A stretch of 32,000 nt of DNA from Blochmannia endosymbiont of Camponotus modoc (lineage in GTDB: Bacteria; Pseudomonadota; Gammaproteobacteria; Enterobacterales; Enterobacteriaceae). The stretch is taken from NCBI RefSeq assembly GCF_023585785.1, contig NZ_CP097765.1:450001-482000 (forward strand), given 5' to 3'. Below the pieces are notes generated by a model. That model saw only the letters and a program-made list of their open reading frames with translations. It was not told the DNA's origin and did not search any database. Position numbers and translations under genes: made by a program. This document shows positions 21,809-32,000 of this stretch, in pieces. The stretch's first letter is position 1. Every line of letters starts with the position of its first letter.

Positions 21809-24800
21809 CTAAAAATCAAGCTTATATAATATATCAACCGCTTGTTGGTTGCTGCCGGACGTAACTTCTAAATACAGTTGCGAACACAAGCAATAACGTA
21901 CCGTTATTGTTGTCAATAAATCAAAAATGCCAATTCCATATTTAATTTGCAGACCAGGAGCAATATATCCACTTAACGCAACCAACGGTGCGGTACCAAT
22001 ATCTTGAGTATTTAATGTTAAATCTTGAACACCAAATATCTTTCCTATTTTGTTAATAAACTTCTCGCTATTCCTAACAGTTGCTCCGATTAATAGCGAT
22101 GTTACTATGTTCGTATCTGTATTCAAAGGAATTACATTTTTACTGCCGCCTAATAAATAAGATGTTATCTCTTGTGGGGAAAGAGATAATGAATCAGAGA
22201 AAATTTCTATTTTTGGTTGACTAAAGGTACCAGTAATTCGTATACCAACTATACTCCCTTCTTTTTCTTTAATACTAGAAGGATCACAAATTGCTTCAAT
22301 ATCGATATATGGTTGGTTTATCGCTCCAGAAAACAATAATTGTCCTTTTCGTATTATCAAATTTTGTCCATATGCTTGAAAACAACCAGAAGGTATGTCA
22401 ATATGGCCTGTTAATGCTAAGTGATTTTTATTGTATTCAATTTCTAAATTACCTCTTAATTTTGTACGAAAACCCAATCCGTTAAAATTAACATCATTGC
22501 CAAGGCATACGTTAATATTAGCAGAAAAAGAAATAAATAAATTTTTAGAATTATTTAAAATCAGTTGGAAATTATCATCTAACAAAATTTCCTCTGAAGA
22601 AATATTTGTTATATTTTTTGAATACTCCTTCACTTCAATATGAGCCCAAGGGATTTCAACATTGCCTTCTATATGAATTTTTTCTGAAGTAATTGTACAA
22701 GTAAAATCAGGAGATATCTTCATTTTTATTTCTGGAGACATACAAAAATTAATTTGGTTGCCTCGTATTTTAAAAAATGCACGTATATTATTAATAGAAT
22801 CAAAATTCATAATATTCCCATTTAAATGCAACCTGTATCCATAATCCGTATCTATTGTTCCATTTAATACAGCATGATCCCCAAAGAATTTTATAAAAAA
22901 TTGACCATTTTTTACAAAAAATAGCGTATCAGGTTTATTAAAATTAAAATTTTTTAATTGTCCTGTACCATAAATTTTTATGTGATGTTTATATCCATCA
23001 AAATAAAGATTTAAATTTAATAATCCATTTATAGGTTCTTGTAACGAAATCAATGAATTAAAAAAAGATACTAACGAAACATTTTTAACGTATACATTTC
23101 CTACTAATTTAGATGTATTATGTAATTTAGTTATTTTAAACAATCCATGGATTTGATCATCATCTCCAATGTTCATGAACCACTTGCAATACGAAGTAGT
23201 TTGTGTCAATACGATTTTTGCAGTTATATTATTTATTGTAATCGGAAAAATTTCAGATTCTTCAATAGCAGATTTAATGTTACATTGATTTCCTGAAAAT
23301 GAAATTATACCCTTGGGTAATAAGGTTCCTAATATCCAATAACAATCTGTACAATATATACGAACAGTATGCATGTTCATTAATCTTGGTAATAAAATTT
23401 TTAAAGAAACTACATTTAAATTTTTAAATGCATCATTCACTTTATTCAATATGTTCTCTTTTAAAACATGAGAAATAGGGATTGTGCAATCAACAACTTC
23501 CCAGTAATGTGAATTAAGGATAACTTTTCGAGTTAAATATTGATAAGTAAGAACAATATCTTGCATTAATTTCCATGTTCCTATTGAAGTAACAATGTTT
23601 GTTTTATTAATTTTACTATTCCAAGTTTTATGAAAAAGATCTAAATTTCCAAAAAGCTTTACTTGACCAGATAACATATCGCCATAAGCAACTAAATCCA
23701 AATAATGTTCTTTAATATTACCTTGTCCTTGCATAATTAATTTACGTAACGATAAAATTCCACACTTTATCTGATTTGCTTGAAAAAAAATTTTGCTTTG
23801 TATAACAGTATCATAACAAATATCCCCGTTTATCATTATTTTATCAAAATTAATGTTTTTATCGTGCCAATACAAGGAACATGCATCAATATTTAACAAC
23901 AGTCTAGGAGAATATTTAACGGGACTATATAATTTAAATTTCCCATATACACTACCATTTAATCCAGGTATAAGCACGTTGCAATCTGGCGCCGCAAACA
24001 CAATGTTAAAAATAGAATCTCTTTTCAAATCTTCTTGTATTTTTAACACATTAGGACCCCATTTAATTAGTAATGAGGGTATTTTCCATGTACCAGTTGA
24101 ATTATTGTATAATATGCCTATGCATGAAATACTATTATTTTCTATACTCCCATTGAGATTTAAATCAGATATTGTTATGTCCCAAGCGTCAGAACATACA
24201 TGTCCTTGCATATTGATGTTACCTGACAAATTTATAGGACATTTTAACCATTTTTGAAAAATATTTATTTTGTTTAACACACACATACTGTCCCAACTAA
24301 TTATATCACCCACCCAATTAACCATTCCTTGTATATCAAGATATTCTTCTAATGCAGTCATTCTTAATTTAGAAATAGAACAACTATTAACATCTCCCTG
24401 AGCGCTCATAACTATATGTACTAATGATGAAAATTGAGCGCTACTTAATTTAGATGTTATCTGAATGGAATAATTTTTTATTTCACCATTGACAGATACA
24501 TCAAGCTCTTCTATTAAATAATCATTCTTTCCTAAAAAAGAAAGTGGTATTTTTCTACCAACTATAGATATAGTTATGGGCGTACCAAATTGTATTATCT
24601 TAGTTTTTAATAATACATGTACTGTAGAAATAACACCTAAAAAATCACAATAAAGGCGTATCTCATTATATAATTCTCCTACGATAACTAATTTTATTTT
24701 ACTTACGTCCTTTTTCTTTATATTGGTAGAATTACTACTAGTATTAAAATGATATTTCGTATAATTGAGGCTTATATTGATTGGGTAATACTCTTTAAAT

Positions 24801-25657
24801 ATTATGCTACCTATTGCATTAAGGTATCCATATGGACATTTAAGATTCAACTTAATATTTGCAGTCTGATTATATAAATATGTCTGTAAATAAAAATAAT
24901 TAATAATATAAGAATTATTATTATCAAAAATATAAAAATTCTCTCCTGTTATATCCTTTAGAATTATATTTATAGGAAGATTAAAAGAAGGTAATATTAT
25001 TAATAATTTACTAGACAATGATTTTAGTAAATACTTTATATTTCGTTGATTATTACTATACTTATATATATCTATCGCATTGGTTGTTATATTTAATGCA
25101 TTTACATCGGGAATATTTAAAACTGCTCCTTTAATATTTACAGGTAAAATTGTCAATAAATTGTCTTGAAATGTTAATTCAGTATCTAATTTGGTTACTT
25201 CAAACGTAATGTTATTTAAATGAATACAAGTATTATTCAATACTATATTCTTTAATATTACTGGGAATGGGATAGAAAAAGTATTATCTATTTTTATCCC
25301 TTCGTATTTTTTATCTAATTTATTCGTCGCATCGTTTTTTTTTATTTTTATACAAACATCTTCCAAAAAAAGATGATTAATATATATTTTTTTATTCCAT
25401 ATATCTTTTAGATTTAAAAAAACATCACATTTATCAACGTTAATTACACCTATCGAGGTTTCATATACTAAATGAGTTATATTAAAATTACCCCAAGTTC
25501 CAGAAACAGAATCAAATTCTAAACCAGGAATACAATACGTAATTCCTGTAAAAGTTAAATATGCTCCTATATTAGTACCTAATAAAAACACAAAAAATCC
25601 ACATACTATTGATATCCATAATAAAAAAATAACATAGATTTTTTTTATAAAAATCAT
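21809..25657 (-). CDS. tamB: Translocation and assembly module subunit TamB (YtfN, AsmA/DUF490-like)
   Basis: 1282 aa; N-terminal signal anchor; repetitive beta-helical sequence; C-terminal DUF490-like segment (PYIDIEAICDPSSIKE...GIRITGTFSQPKIEIFSDSLSLSPQEITSYLLGG...PGLQIKYGIGIFDLLTTITVRYCLCSQLYLEVTSG). ATGA overlap with the upstream tamA. Confidence 0.93.
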   Translation of the reverse strand: MIFIKKIYVIFLLWISIVCGFFVFLLGTNIGAYLTFTGITYCIPGLEFDSVSGTWGNFNITHLVYETSIGVINVDKCDVFLNLKDIWNKKIYINHLFLEDVCIKIKKNDATNKLDKKYEGIKIDNTFSIPFPVILKNIVLNNTCIHLNNITFEVTKLDTELTFQDNLLTILPVNIKGAVLNIPDVNALNITTNAIDIYKYSNNQRNIKYLLKSLSSKLLIILPSFNLPINIILKDITGENFYIFDNNNSYIINYFYLQTYLYNQTANIKLNLKCPYGYLNAIGSIIFKEYYPINISLNYTKYHFNTSSNSTNIKKKDVSKIKLVIVGELYNEIRLYCDFLGVISTVHVLLKTKIIQFGTPITISIVGRKIPLSFLGKNDYLIEELDVSVNGEIKNYSIQITSKLSSAQFSSLVHIVMSAQGDVNSCSISKLRMTALEEYLDIQGMVNWVGDIISWDSMCVLNKINIFQKWLKCPINLSGNINMQGHVCSDAWDITISDLNLNGSIENNSISCIGILYNNSTGTWKIPSLLIKWGPNVLKIQEDLKRDSIFNIVFAAPDCNVLIPGLNGSVYGKFKLYSPVKYSPRLLLNIDACSLYWHDKNINFDKIMINGDICYDTVIQSKIFFQANQIKCGILSLRKLIMQGQGNIKEHYLDLVAYGDMLSGQVKLFGNLDLFHKTWNSKINKTNIVTSIGTWKLMQDIVLTYQYLTRKVILNSHYWEVVDCTIPISHVLKENILNKVNDAFKNLNVVSLKILLPRLMNMHTVRIYCTDCYWILGTLLPKGIISFSGNQCNIKSAIEESEIFPITINNITAKIVLTQTTSYCKWFMNIGDDDQIHGLFKITKLHNTSKLVGNVYVKNVSLVSFFNSLISLQEPINGLLNLNLYFDGYKHHIKIYGTGQLKNFNFNKPDTLFFVKNGQFFIKFFGDHAVLNGTIDTDYGYRLHLNGNIMNFDSINNIRAFFKIRGNQINFCMSPEIKMKISPDFTCTITSEKIHIEGNVEIPWAHIEVKEYSKNITNISSEEILLDDNFQLILNNSKNLFISFSANINVCLGNDVNFNGLGFRTKLRGNLEIEYNKNHLALTGHIDIPSGCFQAYGQNLIIRKGQLLFSGAINQPYIDIEAICDPSSIKEKEGSIVGIRITGTFSQPKIEIFSDSLSLSPQEITSYLLGGSKNVIPLNTDTNIVTSLLIGATVRNSEKFINKIGKIFGVQDLTLNTQDIGTAPLVALSGYIAPGLQIKYGIGIFDLLTTITVRYCLCSQLYLEVTSGSNQQAVDILYKLDF

Positions 25658-27416
25658 AAATCTGGTCCTAAACTGACGTATAAATATAAAAAATGATGAT
25701 TTATCTTGCCTTTATGAATCAATGGAGTTGCTACGTCCAATTTTATAGGACCTATTGGTAATTTCCAGCGCGCTCCAATACCTATACCAGATTTAAAACT
25801 ATTCCATTTGATATCATTAGTAATCTCTCCTGCGTCTATAAAAATAGCTCCCCACCATTTATTAATTACATTATATTGATATTCAAATGTAGTAGTAATA
25901 AGTTTAGTAGCGACACCTACAAAAGATTCAGAATTATCATAAGGATACAAAGATTTATATTTATATCCACGGATACCATTGTTTACATTGGAAAAAAATC
26001 GCAACATTAAATCAACAGATGAAAAATTGTTGGTATTTATCCAACTTAAGTTTCCACGAGCCAAAATACGATGTTTTTTTAATAATGTCCGAACCCAAAC
26101 ATTTTGAACTTGCACAGCAATAAAATTAACATCCGATCTCCAACAATTATTAGATATATTGATTGAATAATTCTGACTATCTCCCCAATACGGTATTATT
26201 TCTCCACGTTTTCGAATACGAGACACATTTATCCCTGGATAAATCAACATTATATTTTTAATGATATAATTATTAGAACAATGATTAAAGTGCCAATGCA
26301 CATTAATTGAACGTTGCCATTTATGGGAACAATTCCAATAACGAGCTATATTTATGGTCATAACACTAGACCGAACATTATGTGTATCTTCATGTATCAA
26401 CCCTCCTTGTAATAAATAATATTCTTCTAATGGATTAGAAAACAATGGAATTTTATAACTTAAGTCAAAAACTTGTTCTGGCTTAGATAAACTAAAATTA
26501 GTTTCTAAACTATGTCCATGTGCGTTAATCCACGGTTTTTTCCAAATGATTTTAGTTCTAGGGCCTGTATCGATAGCATAACCAGATCCAGTTGCAAAAT
26601 TATTTTTTGCACAAGGATAGAGAAAAATATCTAATATTATTTTTTTTTTTTGTTGAGGACGCATATAATCTGAAGAAATCGATATTGATTCAAACCAATT
26701 AGTGTAAGAAAATCGGCGATTTAATTCCATAACAGATGTAGCACTGTAATATTCTCCCGATCGTATATTAGATATTTTTTTTAAATAATCTTCCTTAATT
26801 TGACTACCATGAAACTTAATTTTTTCAAAAACATAACGCTGACCACTATAAAAATCTATGTTCCAAACGCTCTGACAACGAGAAGGCATGACAATAAGTT
26901 GACTATTTTGGAACTTGGCATCAAAATATCCTTTAAATAAAGCTAAGTTATATAGTTTATTTTTAAACTGTTCATAATCATTGTGATTCAATCTTTTCCC
27001 AATAAAAGATTTGCTATCTTTTATTATTTTCTGGTAATCAACGTCCTTTATACCATCTCCTCGTATAACGACATTTACTTCAGTAACTACAACTGGATCC
27101 CCAGGGTCAACTTTAATAACTAATAGATCGGAGTTTTTGTTCAAAGACTTAAGTGGAAAAAAAATCAATGTAGGGGCATAATAACCTAGTGGGCGTAGTC
27201 CAGTTCTAATTGCATTGTCTATTTTTTTTTTAAATCTGAATCTATATGCTTTACATTAGTATGTATATTCAATAATTTTTGGCGTACATTATAATCTAAT
27301 TCACTATTTAATCCTTCTACTTTTAAATTGATGCTACTATTACATATTAGTGGTGTAAAAAAATACATTATTAAATACAACCGTATTGTCATATACTTTT
27401 TCAGATCCTTAAACAT
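25654..27416 (-). CDS. tamA: Translocation and assembly module subunit TamA (YtfM, Omp85/BamA paralogue), split by a frameshift at a poly(A) tract
   Basis: The N-terminal ORF 27219-27416 (SSINLKVEGLNSELDYNVRQKLLNI...SDLKKK*) matches the start of TamA. The other frame continues immediately as IDNAIRTGLRPLGYYAPT then the 25654-27168 ORF (POTRA domains plus barrel, ...GDSQNYSINISNNCW..., FFSNVNNGIRGYKYKSLYP, GPIKLDVATPL). The parts join at A10 (27222-27231) to give about 587 aa, close to E. coli TamA. Confidence 0.92.
26640..26651 (-). repeat. Poly(A)12 homopolymer inside tamA (in frame)
   Basis: Plus strand has T x12 from 26640 to 26651. Minus reads CAA CAA AAA AAA AAA ATA ATA (QQKKKII). Confidence 0.92.
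27222..27231 (-). other. Poly(A)10 tract at the tamA frameshift junction
   Basis: Minus strand TCA GAT TTA AAA AAA AAA TAG; an 11th A (or -1 slip) gives ...AAA ATA GAC AAT GCA, restoring homologous sequence. Confidence 0.95.
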
Positions 27417-27670
27417 ATACCGAATCCTTGACTATATCAAATATTTAAATAAAGTAATGTTCATACTCCATTAATACACTATATTATATATAACCCTTGT
27501 AAAAACATAGTATATAATTTACATGTATTAAATGTAATATACACATATTTTATAATTTTAAAACATAAAACCCATTTAAAAAAAACATATTAATAAATTA
27601 ACAATCCAAACACTGATAGTAATTATTTATCTAACTAATATAAATAATTACTATCAGTGCATATAATCAA

Positions 27671-28426
27671 TCAATGCGATGAAACTTGAAAACCAGGATT
27701 TAAAAAAGACTGATTGATATTTTTATAATGCAATGGATTACCATTCCAATCATTAACAACGGCGCCAGCTGCTCTAGCGATTACATGACCAGCAGCCGTG
27801 TCCCAAATTTTAGTACAAGAAAATCTTGGATAAAATTGAGCACTACCTTCTGCTATTAAACAAAATTTAAATGAAGATCCAATATTAACAATTTTATAGT
27901 TTTTCAACCTGTTTAAAAAATTATATAACTTATATTGATCGCAACAAAAATTACTACGACTCATCACTACAATTGGATAACGAGACATACGTACTGCAAT
28001 ATTTATACGTTCTCCTCTAGCATTAATCTTCCATACTTGTCCATTATCTGCAGCATATAACACATTATACACAGGAACATACACTACTCCCATAATAGGT
28101 TGACCGTACTCAACGAAAGCAATGTTAACAGTGAATTCGCCATTGCGTAATAAGAACTCTTTCGTTCCATCTAAAGGATCTATTAACCAAAAACAACTTC
28201 TATCTCTACATTCCCTCCATGTAGTAATATCTTCTTCAGATAAAATTGGAACTTCAGGTGTCAAATTTTTTAAACAGTACACGATCACCTTATGAGAGAA
28301 CAAATCAGCATTAGTTACAGGAGATGTATCTAACTTTTTATACGCGTTTAACTTTAAACCTCCATTATAAATCCTCATAATTTCTATTCCAGCTTTACGA
28401 GCAATACAACTTATTTTTTCAACCAT
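27671..28426 (-). CDS. cysQ: 3'(2'),5'-bisphosphate nucleotidase CysQ
   Basis: PVTNADLFSHKVI, VPILSEED, WLIDPLDGTKEFLLRNGEFTVNIA, KIWDTAAGHVIARAAGA, FLNPGFQVS. Homology begins at MVEKISCIARKAGIEIM (Met at 28426); the ORF track extends to 28498. Confidence 0.95.
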   Translation of the reverse strand: MVEKISCIARKAGIEIMRIYNGGLKLNAYKKLDTSPVTNADLFSHKVIVYCLKNLTPEVPILSEEDITTWRECRDRSCFWLIDPLDGTKEFLLRNGEFTVNIAFVEYGQPIMGVVYVPVYNVLYAADNGQVWKINARGERINIAVRMSRYPIVVMSRSNFCCDQYKLYNFLNRLKNYKIVNIGSSFKFCLIAEGSAQFYPRFSCTKIWDTAAGHVIARAAGAVVNDWNGNPLHYKNINQSFLNPGFQVSSH

Positions 28427-28708
28427 TTTATGATAAAAAATCATCATACATATCCTTAATAAATTTTTGCGCACTCCATAGCATAAATCCGAAAACACAA
28501 TATAGTAACAGTAGATTTATAAAATGCATACTTAGTTTTAAGGAATCATATACTATAATTATTAATTGAAATAAAAGATACGCACACTCGTGTTTATATC
28601 TCTTTCCGCAAAACATATATACTTTAATATTCTTGTATTACAATAATTAAAAAATTTTAATAAATTTTTTACGATAAATAATGATAAAAATTATTGTATT
28701 AATTATAA

Positions 28709-29179
28709 TTATTTACTCTTAAGTATTTCATCAAGAATAATGACGTTTATTTTAGAAAAAATATCATTATAAATATGAATATTTATGCTATATGTACCAA
28801 TAGTTCTTAATACATCATGATTAGGTAATCTAATCTGAGATTTAGAAATATTAAAACCAGAAGCTGCTGTAATTGCAGTAGCTATATCACGAGAACCAAT
28901 GGAACCAAACAATTTCCCTTCAACACCTGATTTAGCTTTAATAGTAATACTACCTAACTTATTAATGGTTTTTGCGCAAAATTCAGCCTGAGTTTGCGCC
29001 TCTATAGCTTTAGCTTGTAACTCAATCTGTTGTGCTTTAAATATTTCAATATTTTTTTTTGTAGCTGGCATTGCTTTAGATTTTGGTATTAAAAAATTAC
29101 GGGCATAACCTGAACGCACAATAATTTCTGATCCCATATTTCCAAGTTTATCGATATTGTCCAGCAAAATAATCTTCAT
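28709..29179 (-). CDS. rplI: 50S ribosomal protein L9
   Basis: MKIILLDNIDKLGNMGSEIIVRSGYARNFLIPKSKAMPATKKNIE; GKLFGSIGSRDIA. The start is likely at 29179 instead of 29191. Confidence 0.95.
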   Translation of the reverse strand: MKIILLDNIDKLGNMGSEIIVRSGYARNFLIPKSKAMPATKKNIEIFKAQQIELQAKAIEAQTQAEFCAKTINKLGSITIKAKSGVEGKLFGSIGSRDIATAITAASGFNISKSQIRLPNHDVLRTIGTYSINIHIYNDIFSKINVIILDEILKSK

Positions 29180-29233
29180 TGTTATTTCCATTATAAAATA
29201 TACAAATCATATTCATTCACAAAGCATTACACT

Positions 29234-29461
29234 TTACTGATGATGATCAGTATATGGTAGTAAAGACAGATAACGCGCTCTCTTAATGGCACGTGCTAAC
29301 TGCCGTTGATATCTTGCTCGCGTTCCAGTGATTCTACTTGGAATGATCTTTCCGCTTTCTATAATAGAATGCTGTATTGTGACAAGATCTTTATAATCAA
29401 TATTAATGCATTTTTCCGCCGTAAACCTACAAAATTTGCGATGACGTACAAAACGTGCCAT
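29234..29461 (-). CDS. rpsR: 30S ribosomal protein S18
   Basis: [16 protein letters not shown]...[55 protein letters not shown]. The start is likely at 29461. Confidence 0.97.
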   Translation of the reverse strand: MARFVRHRKFCRFTAEKCINIDYKDLVTIQHSIIESGKIIPSRITGTRARYQRQLARAIKRARYLSLLPYTDHHQ

Positions 29462-29707
29462 AATTAACTCCATACTTCATTATAAAAATACATATAAGTG
29501 AGTGTAATCAACTTTTTTACAATTAAAATTGTTATCTTTCTCCACATTAAAAATCTATCAATATATTTCTATGCTTGCAATTATTATTTTTACTACAAAA
29601 AATTTACAAAAATACACTAAACCAACACAATACTGAATATATTTAAATAAAACTGTCAACTTATTTACTTCGTACTTGAGCCCATATGTATTTCATTATA
29701 CTATGTA

Positions 29708-30055
29708 TTAGGTTGTATAATGCTCTTTGTTTTCTTCTCTTTTTTTCATCATAAGAGATGGTTCAACTACTGCATGTTTAGTTCGTACAATCATACTACG
29801 TATAATATTTTTATTAAAACGAAAATCATCATTTAATTCTTTGACAGTATCTTGAGATGCTTCTATATTCAATAAAACATAATAAGCTTTACAAAGCTTA
29901 TTAACTGGATATGCTAATTGGCGACGTCCCCAATTTTCTATGCGATGAACTTTACCTTGAGCATTAGTAACAATTGTTGTATAGCGATTGATTATGCTAG
30001 ATATTTCTTCGCTAAAATCAGGATGTACCATAAAAACTATTTCATAATAACGCAT
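29708..30055 (-). CDS. rpsF: 30S ribosomal protein S6
   Basis: [67 protein letters not shown]. Confidence 0.97.
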   Translation of the reverse strand: MRYYEIVFMVHPDFSEEISSIINRYTTIVTNAQGKVHRIENWGRRQLAYPVNKLCKAYYVLLNIEASQDTVKELNDDFRFNKNIIRSMIVRTKHAVVEPSLMMKKREENKEHYTT

Positions 30056-30227
30056 ATATTATTTTCCTTTCATTGTCAATCTTCCACTTGTATTGAAAGT
30101 AACAACATTCTTAAAAAATTATAGATATTTATATTTTTACGTGTTTATCCTTAAATAATTTTTTATATAAATTCTCAAACTTCATCTTCTATGAAGCAGA
30201 CCATACCATATATGATGTCAATCATCA

Positions 30228-30971
30228 TTATTTATATTGCCAACGCTGTCTTAATGCTTCAAACAAACATATTCCTGTAGCTACTGAGACATTAAGCGAT
30301 GTCGCAACTCCTAACATTGGGATAGTAACTAATTCATCGCATTTTTTCTGAGTCAGATAACGAATACCATTCCCCTCGGAACCCATTACAAAAGCTAACG
30401 GCCTAATTAATTTGCTGTTAAAAATTAGACGTTGTGATTGCATTACAGTGCCAATAATCCAGATATTATATTTTTTAAGTAATTGTAACGTTCTAATTAA
30501 ATTAGTTACTTGCATAAAAGGTATATTATCTACAGATCCACTGGCCACTTTTCTAACCGTTCCATTTAAACATGCTGAACGATTACGTGGTGCAATGACT
30601 ATGTGTGCCCCGGCTGCATCTGCAGATCTCAAACATGCACCCAAATTATGTGGATCAGTCACTCCATCTAATATCACTAATAATGGGGTAGTTTTACATT
30701 GCTTTAAGAAATCCGGTAAATCATTTTCTTTTATACAATCATTGGGAACTATTTTAACAACAATACCTTGATGCAACGCACCTTGCGTTTGAATATCTAA
30801 CTGTCGACGACTACATTCTCGAATGCTAATTCGACGTTGTTTTATTTGATCAATTAACAATTTCAAACGCAAATCTTTAGATTTCTGCATAATACATACA
30901 GACAAAATTCGATGTGAATAATTATCTAAAACTGATTTTACTGCATGTATGCCGTATACTAATTCACTCAT
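30228..30971 (-). CDS. rlmB: 23S rRNA (guanosine(2251)-2'-O)-methyltransferase RlmB (SpoU family)
   Basis: ILDGVTDPHNLGACLRSADAAGAH, VMGSEGNGIRYLT, IPMLGVATSLNVSVATGICLFEALRQR. Confidence 0.97.
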   Translation of the reverse strand: MSELVYGIHAVKSVLDNYSHRILSVCIMQKSKDLRLKLLIDQIKQRRISIRECSRRQLDIQTQGALHQGIVVKIVPNDCIKENDLPDFLKQCKTTPLLVILDGVTDPHNLGACLRSADAAGAHIVIAPRNRSACLNGTVRKVASGSVDNIPFMQVTNLIRTLQLLKKYNIWIIGTVMQSQRLIFNSKLIRPLAFVMGSEGNGIRYLTQKKCDELVTIPMLGVATSLNVSVATGICLFEALRQRWQYK

Positions 30972-31200
30972 TTCATTTATTAAAATAATTACTTCAACAT
31001 ACAGTATTGCAATAAATTTTTAAAGTATTCCATATACTATTATTATGAGAGTCATCAATTTAAATATAACTAAGATGATTTATTTAAATATTTTATTTAT
31101 CGTAACCGTATTTCTAATACAATTAGAAATATAACTTAATATTTATTTACCACACAAATAATCCTCTATTCAAAATAAGGTATCAATTTCTTCATATCAA

Positions 31201-32000
31201 TCAAGAATTAAACGGATTACGTAATATTATTATTGCAGAGCGGTCTGAACCGGTAGAAACAATATGTATAGGAACCCCAATAAGTTCCTCTATACGTTTT
31301 ACATAAAGCTGTGACTCCTTAGGAAGCTGATGAAATTCCGTGATACCTACGGTACTTATCATCCAGCCAGGTAATGTTTCGTATATAGGTACACAATTTT
31401 CCAGTTCTTCCAAAGAACATGGAAAATTGTGTATTACTTGTCCATTTTTCTTGCGATATGCAATACAAATTTTTAGCTCTTTTAAGCCATCCAAAACATC
31501 AAGCTTTGTTAAACAACACGAAAAAAAAGAATTAATTTTTACAGAATACCGCACTGATACCGCATCGAACCAACCAGTACGACGACGACGTCCAGTAGTA
31601 GAACCAAATTCATTTCCATTCATACATAACCAATTACCTATATCATTTGACAATTCTGTAGGAAAAGGACCAAATCCAACACGAGTAGAATACGCCTTTA
31701 CAATACCTAAAACATAATCAATATAATTAAGACCAACTCCCGCACCAACACTTACACTCCCAGCAATAGTATGAGTGGAAGTAACATAAGGATATGTTCC
31801 ATGATCAATATCTAATAAACTACCCTGTGCTCCCTCAAATATCACTGAATCACCCCGTTTTGCAGCATCATCTAATAACTCAGGCACATCAACAACCATA
31901 TCTATCAGTATGTCAGATATCGACATAACTTCATCTAAAACAATCTGATAATTGATAGGCTGTGTTTTATAATAATGAATTAATTGAAAATTATAATAAT
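31201..32000 (-). CDS. purA: Adenylosuccinate synthetase (5' end cut off by window edge)
   Basis: [72 protein letters not shown]. The frame stays open upstream of the 31926 Met ([31 protein letters not shown]), so the gene continues beyond 32000. Confidence 0.97.
   Translation of the reverse strand, partial: YYNFQLIHYYKTQPINYQIVLDEVMSISDILIDMVVDVPELLDDAAKRGDSVIFEGAQGSLLDIDHGTYPYVTSTHTIAGSVSVGAGVGLNYIDYVLGIVKAYSTRVGFGPFPTELSNDIGNWLCMNGNEFGSTTGRRRRTGWFDAVSVRYSVKINSFFSCCLTKLDVLDGLKELKICIAYRKKNGQVIHNFPCSLEELENCVPIYETLPGWMISTVGITEFHQLPKESQLYVKRIEELIGVPIHIVSTGSDRSAIIILRNPFNS

Noticed and set aside
23853-24257. 134-aa plus-strand ORF inside tamB
   Set aside because: Antisense to a single long, coherent TamB reading frame, with no independent start context or homology.
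25654-27168. TamA start at the TTG at 27168 (MIFFPLK...) as given in the ORF track
   Set aside because: The frame is open upstream, with 18 more TamA-like codons (IDNAIRTGLRPLGYYAPT) to the poly(A) tract. The TTG is an internal Leu, not a true start.
28428-28616. 62-aa minus-strand ORF upstream of cysQ
   Set aside because: Overlaps the over-extended part of the cysQ ORF; a hydrophobic AT-rich translation with no known family.
30412-30771. 119-aa plus-strand ORF antisense to rlmB
   Set aside because: Mirror of conserved RlmB motifs (LHNxx/ADAA region); a shadow ORF.
31340-31717. 125-aa plus-strand ORF antisense to purA
   Set aside because: Mirror of conserved PurA sequence (GRRRRTGW and others); a shadow ORF.
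1-32000. Search for CRISPR arrays, transposases, phage genes, toxin-antitoxin pairs, retrons or defence islands
   Set aside because: No regularly spaced repeats, mobile-element proteins or accessory cassettes were seen. Almost every ORF with coding support is a conserved housekeeping gene in ancestral order.

Overview
This AT-rich window looks like the chromosome of a genome-reduced, Enterobacterales-type obligate endosymbiont. The gene content and order suggest a Blochmannia-like insect symbiont, but the species is not proven. The minus strand carries two conserved blocks in E. coli order: deaD(partial)-pnp-rpsO-truB-rbfA-infB-nusA-[tRNA-fMet]-[tRNA-Leu(GAG)]-secG-glmM-folP-ftsH-rlmE-greA-obgE-rpmA-rplU, and tamB-tamA-cysQ-rplI-rpsR-rpsF-rlmB-purA(partial). 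Between them, ispB and ppa are on the plus strand. I found no mobile element, CRISPR array, phage or defence locus, or novel multigene system. The strongest observation is that tamA is split by a -1-type frameshift exactly at a poly(A)10 tract and also carries an in-frame A12 tract, which makes it a candidate for rescue by polymerase or ribosome slippage. Secondary observations are a changed conserved Asp in FolP, a diverged Obg domain and switch II in ObgE, a C-terminally shortened TruB, tRNAs without encoded CCA, and several degraded or deleted genes (nlpI, rimP, priB and others).
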